This document shows positions 15,437 to 24,093 of a stretch of 64,000 nucleotides of DNA, piece after piece (positions within the stretch are counted from its first letter, which is position 1; every line of letters starts with the position of its first letter). Location of the stretch: NCBI GenBank assembly GCA_015233405.1, contig JADFXT010000003.1, forward strand, positions 54,591 through 118,590. Direction: 5' to 3'. The notes beneath the pieces were generated by a model. That model searched no databases and was not told where the DNA came from. It saw only the letters and a program-made list of their open reading frames with translations. Origin of the DNA: Candidatus Omnitrophota bacterium. Lineage in GTDB: Bacteria > Omnitrophota > Gorgyraeia > Zapsychrales > Zapsychraceae. A program made the translations under genes and the position numbers.

Positions 15437-16281
15437 TGCCCCTGATTATTCGTTGTCGCTGTTGCCCCAAGGCCAACCTTGACATTTTCACATTTCAAAC
15501 ACTTAAAACATCTCACACACGTCGACGCGCCAGGGTCATCACTAATGTTGATATCCACCGGACAGACCTCTCTACATTTTTGGCAATCTTTGCAATCGCG
15601 CGGGTCCACTTTTAGTTGAAGAATGCTGTGTCTATTAAAGAATCCAAATATCGCACCGAGCGGGCAGGCTAGACGGCAAAATGGCCTTTTGGCGATAATG
15701 AAAAGCGCGATAAAAGAAAATGCGATAAGGATCTTGATGATAAATAATAACCCTAAAGTCGAAAGAGACACAGCCGGCTCGCCGTAGACCGGAATGATCG
15801 GATTCCAAACGACCCAAGGAATCGCGGCTTGAAGCGTCCCCATAGGGCACACCTTCGAGAACCAAGTCTCTTGCGTGATTAACGGGAACAAAATAACGAG
15901 AAAAATCAGGATCAGATATCGTAAGGCTGATAACTTTTGTGGAAGACGGATCTTTACACTCTTTATTTTATAAAAAAGATCCTGGATAAGCCCAAACGGG
16001 CACAACCAACCGCATGCCAAAGAACCCACCATAATTCCGGTGGTCGCAAGATATGCCGTCAAAAGATACGGGAACTTACGGATGGTCATAAAATGTTGAA
16101 ATGTTCCAATAGGGCAGGAAAGAAATGCCGACGGACAACTATGGCAATTCAACCCCGGGATGCACACACTTTTTAGCGAGCCCTGATAAACCTGTTTGGT
16201 CCTTAAAAAACCGAAATACGCATTTGTTAAGACGAGCGAACACCACTGTGCTGTCGTGCGTATACTCTGTAGCAAATCCAT
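15433..16281 (-). CDS. NapH/MauN/NosH-like integral-membrane polyferredoxin (putative quinol-linked electron transfer)
   Basis: 282 aa. CX3CP motifs (CGWLCP, CRLACP) plus CHSCPSAFLSCP between TM helices. C-terminal 2x[4Fe-4S]-type CKDCQKCREVCP and CVRCFKCLKC. Confidence 0.8.
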   Translation of the reverse strand: MDLLQSIRTTAQWCSLVLTNAYFGFLRTKQVYQGSLKSVCIPGLNCHSCPSAFLSCPIGTFQHFMTIRKFPYLLTAYLATTGIMVGSLACGWLCPFGLIQDLFYKIKSVKIRLPQKLSALRYLILIFLVILFPLITQETWFSKVCPMGTLQAAIPWVVWNPIIPVYGEPAVSLSTLGLLFIIKILIAFSFIALFIIAKRPFCRLACPLGAIFGFFNRHSILQLKVDPRDCKDCQKCREVCPVDINISDDPGASTCVRCFKCLKCENVKVGLGATATTNNQGQ

Positions 16282-16284
16282 CCG

Positions 16285-16419
16285 TTACTCCAATCCAATA
16301 CAGGCCATGCACATGGTGGCCCCGTTGTTTTGTGTCTCGAGAGGTTCGTTGTTATTGTCTCCGATAAGGAAAAAAATAAACGCCAAAAAGAAGACGACAA
16401 TCACGACTATCTTTTTCAT
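16285..16419 (-). CDS. possible 44-aa exported/membrane peptide with C-terminal CMAC (below ORF-track cutoff)
   Basis: Hand translation: MKKIVVIVVFFLAFIFFLIGDNNNEPLETQNNGATMCMACIGLE. The stop lies 4 nt before the NapH-like ATG. No homology claim is made. Confidence 0.3.
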   Translation of the reverse strand: MKKIVVIVVFFLAFIFFLIGDNNNEPLETQNNGATMCMACIGLE

Positions 16420-16439
16420 AATCAAACATCCTTCCAGAT

Positions 16440-16790
16440 TTACTGGCTTTCAATCCATGTCATATATGTTCGACACCGCGGGCATTGTGGAAATCCGCTA
16501 TATCCGCAGGCCGGACAAACAAAGGCGCCCCGATATCCGTTCCAATACATGGAAACCTGGCACGTCGGGCATAAAGGAACTCCTTTTGCACCGCACTTGG
16601 GACAAACACTGAACACATTATGTTCAATCACCTTCATGACGACATTATTGGAAACAAGGGAACGCGCCTGGACTGTTTTAAATTTCGAAACCGAATACAT
16701 GGCATACCCGGACAAAAAAATGGCAAAAGCCACCACCATGATAAGTAGGCGATTTCTGTCCTGATCATTTAAGATAATACTGTCTTCCAT
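16440..16790 (-). CDS. TM-anchored double zinc-ribbon protein
   Basis: 116 aa. TM (LLIMVVAFAIFLSGYAMY) followed by CPKCGAKGVPLCPTCQVSMYW and CPACGYSGFPQCPRCRTYMTW. The ribbon style matches that of the 3-1577 product. Confidence 0.65.
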   Translation of the reverse strand: MEDSIILNDQDRNRLLIMVVAFAIFLSGYAMYSVSKFKTVQARSLVSNNVVMKVIEHNVFSVCPKCGAKGVPLCPTCQVSMYWNGYRGAFVCPACGYSGFPQCPRCRTYMTWIESQ

Positions 16791-16792
16791 GC

Positions 16793-17497
16793 TTACAACA
16801 CCTTCACTTTGGGTTTTACAGCGGCACTATTAAGCGGCGCAGTCACGGCGGTTACCTCATGCATAACGCCACCACACTTAGGGCATTGCGTGGGAACAAT
16901 AGCTCCGGCACTTTTTTCCGAAACGCGGTAACTGCAATCAAAGCACATATAATATTTTCCCTGGACTATCCGCCCGACGTTGGCTTGGGCATCAAAGGAG
17001 TTACAGGCCACCGGCGTTTTACTTCCGGTAATGCCGAAATGCGACGGAACGTTTTGTTCGGTAAGTTTGGTCAGGCCGTCGGGAAAATCATTGAGCGCCT
17101 GCCACACGGTCCCTTTTAAATCCGTATAAACTTCAATACGCGCCTGGCTAAAAACTCTAAAAGGTTCAAATCCAACATTGTTGCCGAGAACAGCGTCGAC
17201 GTTTAAACCCGCGATCATTTGAGCGGAACGTAACCCAGCGGCATGCTGGGCGTCCATAAATTTATTCGGTACGGCCTTATACGTTCTTTTGGCACGGTCA
17301 CAGATAATATAAAACGGCGCCCTGCCGAACAGGTAGGAAACCGGGCTTGAAATGTCTTTCCCCGTCGATGCGATCGCGATGATCACGGCCTTTTTACCGG
17401 TCAAAACCAATGGATTATTCTTTTCATAAAGCGCGCGCCCAATGACAAGGCCGACCGCCACAATCAAAACGATGAGGAATATCGTTTCTTTTTTCAT
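16793..17497 (-). CDS. membrane-anchored NifX/NifB-C-like domain protein with C-terminal zinc ribbon
   Basis: 234 aa. N-terminal TM. Good NifX-family pattern (AVIIAIASTGKDISSPVSYLFGRAPFYIICD...GLNVDAVLGNNVGFEPFRVFSQARIEVY). C-terminal CFDCSYRV...CPKCGGVM. Confidence 0.8.
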   Translation of the reverse strand: MKKETIFLIVLIVAVGLVIGRALYEKNNPLVLTGKKAVIIAIASTGKDISSPVSYLFGRAPFYIICDRAKRTYKAVPNKFMDAQHAAGLRSAQMIAGLNVDAVLGNNVGFEPFRVFSQARIEVYTDLKGTVWQALNDFPDGLTKLTEQNVPSHFGITGSKTPVACNSFDAQANVGRIVQGKYYMCFDCSYRVSEKSAGAIVPTQCPKCGGVMHEVTAVTAPLNSAAVKPKVKVL

Positions 17498-17952
17498 TGG
17501 GGATTACTCTTCTGCTTCGTTTTATTTTTCGTAGAAACAGCTTCGCCATCCTGGTCAAAATGGATTTTCTTGTAATACTCGCAGGATAAACAAGAAGTCT
17601 TACAGAAGATCTTTTGGTGGGCGACGTGTTCACGGATCGTGTAACACTTTTTGGTATCGGACAGAAAGACGACACAGAGTTTGCAGTTATGAACTCCATT
17701 ATTCTTCACCGGTTGATGAAATTCCCAACAGCGTAAAAAATCTGCATTTTCTATAAACTTCTCCGACTTAATTGCGTTGAGGCCGATTTTATACGTTTTA
17801 ATAAAAGCAACGAGGTCCGCACGGTGAATGCGCCGGTGGCCGCCCGGGGTCTTGGTGCTTTTTAAAATCCCTTTTTTCGTCCAATTGATGATAGAGAATC
17901 TTGTTACGTTGCAAAGCTTGGAAATCTCTACGGTTGAATAATATTCCTTCAT
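17494..17952 (-). CDS. excisionase/MerR-superfamily HTH DNA-binding protein with Cys-rich C-terminal module
   Basis: YSTVEISKLCNVTRFSIINWTKKGILKSTKTPGGHRRIHRADLV (HTH_17-like) followed by CWEF..CKLC..C..CKTSCLSCEYY. AGGAGG RBS. 4-nt overlap with the downstream NifX-like gene. Confidence 0.8.
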   Translation of the reverse strand: MKEYYSTVEISKLCNVTRFSIINWTKKGILKSTKTPGGHRRIHRADLVAFIKTYKIGLNAIKSEKFIENADFLRCWEFHQPVKNNGVHNCKLCVVFLSDTKKCYTIREHVAHQKIFCKTSCLSCEYYKKIHFDQDGEAVSTKNKTKQKSNPQ

Positions 17953-18071
17953 CGGCCCTCCTGTTGAGTTCTACTTATTATACTTATTCTACATATTATA
18001 CATTTAAGGGCAAAAAAATTTATTTCCCGACGACGCCTAAATTTCTACCAGGAAATAAATGAATTGAAATC

Positions 18072-18100
18072 ACTATAAATAAAAACGGTTTTAAAGTCAA
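18072..18100 (-). promoter_or_regulatory. sigma70-type promoter candidate (TTGACT-17 nt-TATAGT) upstream of the second HTH-led operon
   Basis: Minus strand reads ttgact ttaaaaccgtttttatt tatagt, ~120 nt upstream of the ATG at 17952. Confidence 0.4.
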
Positions 18101-18119
18101 ATATTATTTTAAACCCCCT

Positions 18120-18881
18120 TTAGCTGATAATCCCTTGAATATACTCTCTTGTCATTTCCTGTTTCGGATTTTCCAAGACTTCCTGGGCGGGGCCATGTTC
18201 AATCAGACGGCCCATGTAAAGAAAAAGGACATAATCCGCCAATCGCTTGGTCTGCCTTAAAATGTGCGTGACAATAACGATCGTGTAATGCTGTTTCAAT
18301 TCCAAGAACCGCTTTTCAATGTGCTGGCTGGATTTAGGGTCAAGCGCAGAAGTCGGCTCATCTCCGAGGATAATTTCCGGCCCGACAGCCAACCCACGGG
18401 CAAGGCACAAGCGCTGCTGCTGGCCGACGGAAAGCCTGGAGGCCGGGGCACTTAATTTATTTTTCACTTCCTCCCAAAGGCTCGCAGTTTTTAGAAAATG
18501 CTCGACGATTCGGTCTAATTTCTTTTTATTTTTCTCGCCGTGCAAACGCGGCCCGTAGGCAATATTGTCATAAATGGACATCGGCAGAGGATACGGCTTT
18601 TGGGACAAAAGCCCCATCTTCTTTCGGATGTGGGTCACTTCGATGTTCGGGTCATAAATATTTTCCCCGTCGACAAAGACCTCGCCGGTCACTTTGACAT
18701 TATCCGTCGGGTCAAGCAGGCGGTTAAACGATTTTAAGAGGGTCGTTTTCCCGCAGCCAGAAGGCCCGATAATCACGGTTATTTTTTTATTCGGGATTTC
18801 GACGCTGATATCTTTAAGTGCGTGGTCTTTCCCGTAAAAAACATTTAGATTGTTGACACGAATATGAGCATTGGATTCCAT
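18120..18881 (-). CDS. pstB: phosphate ABC transporter ATP-binding protein PstB
   Basis: Walker A GPSGCGKTT, signature LSVGQQQRL, Walker B ILGDEPTSALD. Typical PstB N-terminus and length. Confidence 0.95.
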   Translation of the reverse strand: MESNAHIRVNNLNVFYGKDHALKDISVEIPNKKITVIIGPSGCGKTTLLKSFNRLLDPTDNVKVTGEVFVDGENIYDPNIEVTHIRKKMGLLSQKPYPLPMSIYDNIAYGPRLHGEKNKKKLDRIVEHFLKTASLWEEVKNKLSAPASRLSVGQQQRLCLARGLAVGPEIILGDEPTSALDPKSSQHIEKRFLELKQHYTIVIVTHILRQTKRLADYVLFLYMGRLIEHGPAQEVLENPKQEMTREYIQGIIS

Positions 18882-18888
18882 CGGTTGT

Positions 18889-19740
18889 TTACCTCACCAC
18901 GTGCCGCGCAAACCGTTTTGTTAAAAAACGTGACACGACACTGATAATTAAAATAATGATCGTTAAAATAAGCGCCGCGGCATAAGCTCGCCCCCGGACT
19001 TCCGGGATGGGCGTACTGAATTGAAAGAAAATGGTCAACGGCAATGTCGCCACTGGCCTAAATAAGGACGACGGCAGTGAATCCGTAAAGCCTGCGGTAA
19101 ATATAAGCGATGCCGCATCTCCTATTCCCCGGCCAAAAGCTATTAAGACCGCCGTTAGAATCCCCGGCAAAGCTTGACGGACAACGACCTTAAACGCGGT
19201 CTCCCATCGGGTCGCCCCAAGTGCGTAAGAGGCATCCAAAAGCGCATTAGGGACCATACGAATAACCTCGTCCATCGAACGGGTCATGATCGGTAGAATC
19301 AAAAACGCCACGGTGATCATACCGGCTAAAAGAGATGTGTGAAGCCCGAAGAAAAGCATCAAGGTAAAACCAAATGCGCCGTAAACGATCGACGGAATTC
19401 CCCACAAGACATCAAACACAAAACGCGTCACATAGACCAGCCTTGATCCTCTTCTAGCGTACACGTTTAGATAAAGCGTAACCGGCAAACTAATGAAAAA
19501 TGCTAAAATCGTTGCCCCGCCGGTCAGATACAAGGACCCCAAGATCGCATTTAGAATGCCACCTTCTTTTCCTAAATAATACCCGCTCTTGGGCGCTTGG
19601 GTGAGCATCGACCAGCTTAAAAACGGCAACCCCTTGACGACGATCGTCCCTAGGATCATCAAAAGCACAGCCAAGATCAGCAAGGTCGAGCCGACCATCA
19701 AGGTCTTAAAAATATTTTCTTCCAGCGAGCGTTTATCCAT
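18889..19740 (-). CDS. pstA: phosphate ABC transporter permease PstA
   Basis: 283 aa, 6-TM permease with EAS/ALGATRWET motif. Adjacent to pstB and pstC. Confidence 0.9.
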   Translation of the reverse strand: MDKRSLEENIFKTLMVGSTLLILAVLLMILGTIVVKGLPFLSWSMLTQAPKSGYYLGKEGGILNAILGSLYLTGGATILAFFISLPVTLYLNVYARRGSRLVYVTRFVFDVLWGIPSIVYGAFGFTLMLFFGLHTSLLAGMITVAFLILPIMTRSMDEVIRMVPNALLDASYALGATRWETAFKVVVRQALPGILTAVLIAFGRGIGDAASLIFTAGFTDSLPSSLFRPVATLPLTIFFQFSTPIPEVRGRAYAAALILTIIILIISVVSRFLTKRFARHVVR

Positions 19741-20656
19741 AATAATAACTGCTCCATTTGCTACCGCTTAAGATCATTCGGGAAACCACATTAAAATACA
19801 GCACCACCAGAAGCAAAATGAAAGACGCGAAAAGCAGCGCCGAGTCGTATAAAGGAATCGACATCATTTCTCCGTAATTATTGGCAATCAATGCCGGTAA
19901 CGGATACGCCGGGTCAAACAAGGACTTCGGTAATCGGGCGACATTTCCGACGACCATCATGACCGCAATGGTTTCACCTAAGGCACGCGAAATCCCGAGG
20001 ACAATGGCAGCGACAATGCCCGGCATGGCGCGGCGCATCACGACGTTCTTGATGGTCTGCCATTTCGTCGCACCGAGCGCCAAGGACGCGTCTCTTAACT
20101 CTTGCGGCACGGCCTTTAAAATTTCCGTAGAGAGATGGATTATAAATGGAAAAACCATGACCGCCAAGACCATGCCTCCGGCCAAGACGCAATATCCCGT
20201 TGAGGAAACATGGAATAACGGGGCCAGCCATTCTTTAATAAACGGCACAATGACCAAAACGCCCCAGATGCCATAGACGACCGAGGGAATTCCTGCCAAA
20301 ATATCAATGAGCGGATTGATCCATTCCCGGAATTTTTTTGGCGCGTATTCAGCGATATAGATCGATGTTAAAAGACAAACCGGTATGGCGAGCGCCATAG
20401 CAACACAAGTCACCCAAAGTGTGCCGGCGATAAACGGCAAGAAACCGAACGACCCTCTCGACGGATGCCAATCGAGAGAAAATAAAAGACTGCGCAAAGG
20501 TTGCATCTGAAGAACCGGACGGGAACGGAAATAAAGCGTAGCGGCAATAAGAAGGACGATGAGCCCAGACGATATTACAAGAAGATACAAGAGCTTTTCA
20601 GAAGCCCGATCCCAAAACAATCGCCGGCGTTGAACTCCCAAGCTCTCTTCGCTCAT
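19733..20656 (-). CDS. pstC: phosphate ABC transporter permease PstC
   Basis: 307 aa permease with the ASLALGATKWQTI motif. Operon context. Confidence 0.9.
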   Translation of the reverse strand: MSEESLGVQRRRLFWDRASEKLLYLLVISSGLIVLLIAATLYFRSRPVLQMQPLRSLLFSLDWHPSRGSFGFLPFIAGTLWVTCVAMALAIPVCLLTSIYIAEYAPKKFREWINPLIDILAGIPSVVYGIWGVLVIVPFIKEWLAPLFHVSSTGYCVLAGGMVLAVMVFPFIIHLSTEILKAVPQELRDASLALGATKWQTIKNVVMRRAMPGIVAAIVLGISRALGETIAVMMVVGNVARLPKSLFDPAYPLPALIANNYGEMMSIPLYDSALLFASFILLLVVLYFNVVSRMILSGSKWSSYYYG

Positions 20657-20658
20657 CT

Positions 20659-21621
20659 TTAGTTGTTACCAAGCTTTTGAAGGTCTTCGTCAATTCTTTC
20701 CTGCGTGACATTCACAAAACCGGCGGCAGGGACAAATTTTTGTCCATCGGTCAAAACCCAGCGCAAAAACGCACGAACTTCTTTTCGCTCGGGGTTCCCA
20801 TTGGAAACAAAGAAAAGTTCTCTGGCCGGTGGAGAAGGATACCTGCCATCCGCAATGGCCGCAGTGATCGTCGGAAGGTCACGGTAAACATCTTCTTTTT
20901 CGTCAATGAGTCCATCGCCATTAACGTCAATCGGAACAACACGAATACCGTCTACCGGCGTTTTTGTCGTGGAATCATAAGCGAAATTAATATTATTATA
21001 TCCTATGCCCAAAGCATCTTTCTTCACGGCTTCCGCGACGCCCGGGTCTCCATAAACACCAATGCCAACTAAATCTTCCTGCTTCTTCCCTAAATATTTT
21101 GCCCAAGTCTCGGCGGCGCCACAGGCATCTGAACGCGTATAAACATTAACAGCGTCGGTGGAAGAACTTTTTACGACCTCGCCCCATGTCTTGGCTTTGC
21201 CTGTAATAAAAATATCCTGAAAAATCTCTTTTGTAATGCCTTTGGCCAAAATATCTTTAATGGCGGGATTGTTCGCGCTAATCGTCGCAACAACAGCGTC
21301 TTTGGTCACAGAAAACCCTAAAGCACCTCTTTTGACTTCTTCCGGATTAATATCACGAGAGACCATGCCAAGGTCAATGACCTTAGCGAGGCAATCCGCC
21401 ATACCTTTTCCAGCTCCGCCGGCGGAAATATCAACTTTAATGTTCGGATAAACCTTTTGAAATTCTTCCGCCCATTTCACGGCCATCGGATAAAGCGCCC
21501 AGGCTCCCGATATTGTGATTCTTCCTTCAAGATTTTCGCTTTTTGCTTGGGCATAGCCTGTTCTCACCAAACAAGAACTGACAACAAGTGCAAAAACCAT
21601 AGCCGTGACAATCCGTTTCAT
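20659..21621 (-). CDS. pstS: phosphate ABC transporter substrate-binding protein PstS
   Basis: Signal peptide. ITISGAWALYP and SAGGAGKG motifs of PBP-like phosphate binders. First gene of pstSCAB. Confidence 0.9.
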   Translation of the reverse strand: MKRIVTAMVFALVVSSCLVRTGYAQAKSENLEGRITISGAWALYPMAVKWAEEFQKVYPNIKVDISAGGAGKGMADCLAKVIDLGMVSRDINPEEVKRGALGFSVTKDAVVATISANNPAIKDILAKGITKEIFQDIFITGKAKTWGEVVKSSSTDAVNVYTRSDACGAAETWAKYLGKKQEDLVGIGVYGDPGVAEAVKKDALGIGYNNINFAYDSTTKTPVDGIRVVPIDVNGDGLIDEKEDVYRDLPTITAAIADGRYPSPPARELFFVSNGNPERKEVRAFLRWVLTDGQKFVPAAGFVNVTQERIDEDLQKLGNN

Positions 21622-21766
21622 TTTTTCTCCTTTTTATAATTTTTCAAAAGATAAGCCCCAAATTAACATGCACAATATTCAAAGTCAAGAATTTTGTAAA
21701 TTTGTCCTGGGGATGAAACTAAAAGAAAATGCTTTTTAGACAAAAATTTCCGACGGGAGATGACGA

Positions 21767-22492
21767 TTAATGGACCGATTTCTTTGTTTTTTCCTTATAA
21801 AGTAATTTCCAGGGATTCGCCTTCAAATCCTCACTTAATTCCTCTAAATTCCCGGAGGTCTTCTCTAAGCTCTCAACAATTTCATCAATCGCCTTCTGGT
21901 TAACTTTAAGCCTTTCATCCACATTGCCTGTAATCGAAGCAACACTTTTAGTTGTTGTATTGACATTCGCGATAATTTGATCAATAGCCGTTTTATTGAC
22001 ATTTAAACGCTCATTAATATTTTGAGAAATTTCTTTTAACTGAACCGCAACCGCTTGACCTTCGGTCAAAATCTGATTAAAGTCTGCCGGTTCCTGGCCG
22101 ATAATCACACTATTCGCAGCTAAATGATTCTCGCCAACGCCGCTCGAAATCAAGCCCACATATTTTTCCCCCATGAACCCTAAATTCTTAACATAGGCCT
22201 TGGTATCCTCTTTTAATCGCACAGCGTTCTTGACCCAGATCAAGACCTCCATCTTTGTCCCTTCGGGCGTTTCTTTAACGGTAATGGCCTTGACCATGCC
22301 GACCTCTAAACCATTGAGCATGACCGGAGAATTCGTTGAGATCCCGTCGATATTCTTAAACACGACTTTCATCGCATAACCTTTTTGGGAAAAATGCACA
22401 TTCCCCGTCTTTAATGTCAGCCCGGCGAGGATCAACAAAACAATCACCACCATCATGCCGATTTTTATTTCATTATTCCATTTCATAGCCAA
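21767..22492 (-). CDS. mlaD: MlaD/MCE-domain protein
   Basis: N-terminal TM plus MCE domain (FKNIDGISTNSPVMLNGLEVGMV) and a coiled-coil C-terminus. Follows mlaF and mlaE. Confidence 0.8.
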   Translation of the reverse strand: MAMKWNNEIKIGMMVVIVLLILAGLTLKTGNVHFSQKGYAMKVVFKNIDGISTNSPVMLNGLEVGMVKAITVKETPEGTKMEVLIWVKNAVRLKEDTKAYVKNLGFMGEKYVGLISSGVGENHLAANSVIIGQEPADFNQILTEGQAVAVQLKEISQNINERLNVNKTAIDQIIANVNTTTKSVASITGNVDERLKVNQKAIDEIVESLEKTSGNLEELSEDLKANPWKLLYKEKTKKSVH

Positions 22493-22506
22493 TCTCCTTT
22501 ATGCTT

Positions 22507-23274
22507 CTATTCGTTTAATTGGATCGGGCCTTCAATAAAGCCGTTAATGAACTGCTGGACAATGGCTTGGGAGGAATTCTTAATTTCCTCCTTCGTGCCC
22601 ACCTGAATTAGTTTTCCTTTATAAACCATAGCAATACGGTCCGCGATACGAAAAACGCTTTCCATATTATGCGTGACCACGATCGACGTCAGTTTAAGCT
22701 TCTTAGTGAGGTCTAAAATAAGATTATCGACGACCGCACAGACGATAGGGTCTAGGCCGGCTGTTGGCTCGTCATAAAAAACGATCTCCGGATCTAAAGC
22801 AATGGCCCGGGCAAGCCCCACGCGTTTTTTCATCCCGCCAGAAATCGTGCTCGGCTCATAATTCTCAAAGCCCTGCAATCCCACCAACCCCAATTTCATT
22901 TTAGCCGTGAGACTTATGATCTTTGAATCCAGCCGCGTATGTTCCCTCAAAGGCAAGCTGACATTTTCCTCCACCGTCAAAAAATCCAATAGCGCCGCTG
23001 ACTGAAAACACATCCCAAACCGTTTTTTTAGCTCATCTTTCTCATTCGACGACAATTCATTCAACTTTTTATCCCTAAAATAAACTTCACCCTCTTCGCA
23101 AGGAATGGCGCCGCTCATGATCCTTAACAAAGTGCTTTTCCCGCTTCCGGATCCGCCCATGATCACAAAGGTTTCACCTTCATAAATATCAAAAGAGATA
23201 TTATCGAGGACAACCCGGCCGTTAAAAATTTTTCGGACATTTTTGACGGAAATAGCGACTTTACGATTGTTCAT
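22507..23274 (-). CDS. mlaF: ABC transporter ATP-binding protein MlaF-like
   Basis: GGSGSGKST, ISGGMKKRVGLARA, VFYDEPTAGLD. Confidence 0.85.
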   Translation of the reverse strand: MNNRKVAISVKNVRKIFNGRVVLDNISFDIYEGETFVIMGGSGSGKSTLLRIMSGAIPCEEGEVYFRDKKLNELSSNEKDELKKRFGMCFQSAALLDFLTVEENVSLPLREHTRLDSKIISLTAKMKLGLVGLQGFENYEPSTISGGMKKRVGLARAIALDPEIVFYDEPTAGLDPIVCAVVDNLILDLTKKLKLTSIVVTHNMESVFRIADRIAMVYKGKLIQVGTKEEIKNSSQAIVQQFINGFIEGPIQLNE

Positions 23275-23278
23275 TGGT

Positions 23279-24076
23279 CTATACGCCCCAGAAGAAATAA
23301 ATGCCGGTCATGATACAATCGGCAACGATAATAAGAATAAAACTTGTGACGACGCTGATGGTCGTGGCCCGGCCCACACCGACGGCTCCGCCTTTTGTTT
23401 TAAGCCCCTGATAAACACCGACCATCGTAATGATGATGGCGAAAACAAACGCCTTAGAAAGTCCGGTATAAAGATCTTTATGCGTCAGGAATTTCCAGGC
23501 GATCTGCATATAAAGACCGGAATTGATCTTAAGACTCGTGGTGCCTATAACATACCCTCCGGTTATGCCCGCGGCATCGCCGATAATGGTGAGACACGGA
23601 AGCATTAAGAATAACGCCAAGAGTTTCGGAACTGCCAAAAACCGTACGGGGCTGATGGCCATAATATCCAAGGCTTCAATTTGCTCATTGACTTTCATGG
23701 AGCCGATCTCAGCGGTAATGGCAGCACCAATGCGCCCGGCAATGACCAGTGCCGTTAAGACAGGGCCCAATTCCCGGCAAATCGATATTGAGACCAAACT
23801 GGCTACGTAAATCACGCCTCCCATTTTTTCAAGCTGTGGGGCGGCTTGCATGGCCAAAACCATGCCGGTAAAGAAAGTCACGAAGAAAACAATGACGATC
23901 GAGTTAAGGCCCATGAAAACCATCTGCGCAATTGTCGACGAGAAATTGATCGGTCTCTTTTTAAAAGGCCCCAAGACGATCCAATACAACGTCTCCAAGA
24001 GAAGCTGTAAAAATTCAGAAGAAATCTTTATCCAGCTTTCCACCTTTGCTCCAATATGTTCAAGCAATGACAGCAT
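23279..24076 (-). CDS. mlaE: ABC transporter permease MlaE-like
   Basis: 265 aa. MlaE pattern ([36 protein letters not shown]-like). Confidence 0.85.
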   Translation of the reverse strand: [265 protein letters not shown]

Positions 24077-24093
24077 AAATCTTTATCGCCCCT

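Noticed and set aside
20659-21621. Acidic DVNGDGLIDEKED loop in PstS as a dockerin/EF-hand-like calcium site indicating an unusual PstS
   Set aside because: From memory, similar D-x-N-G-D-G-x-I-D loops occur in a subgroup of PstS-family binding proteins. I cannot show it is unusual without an alignment, and the rest of the protein and the operon are canonical.
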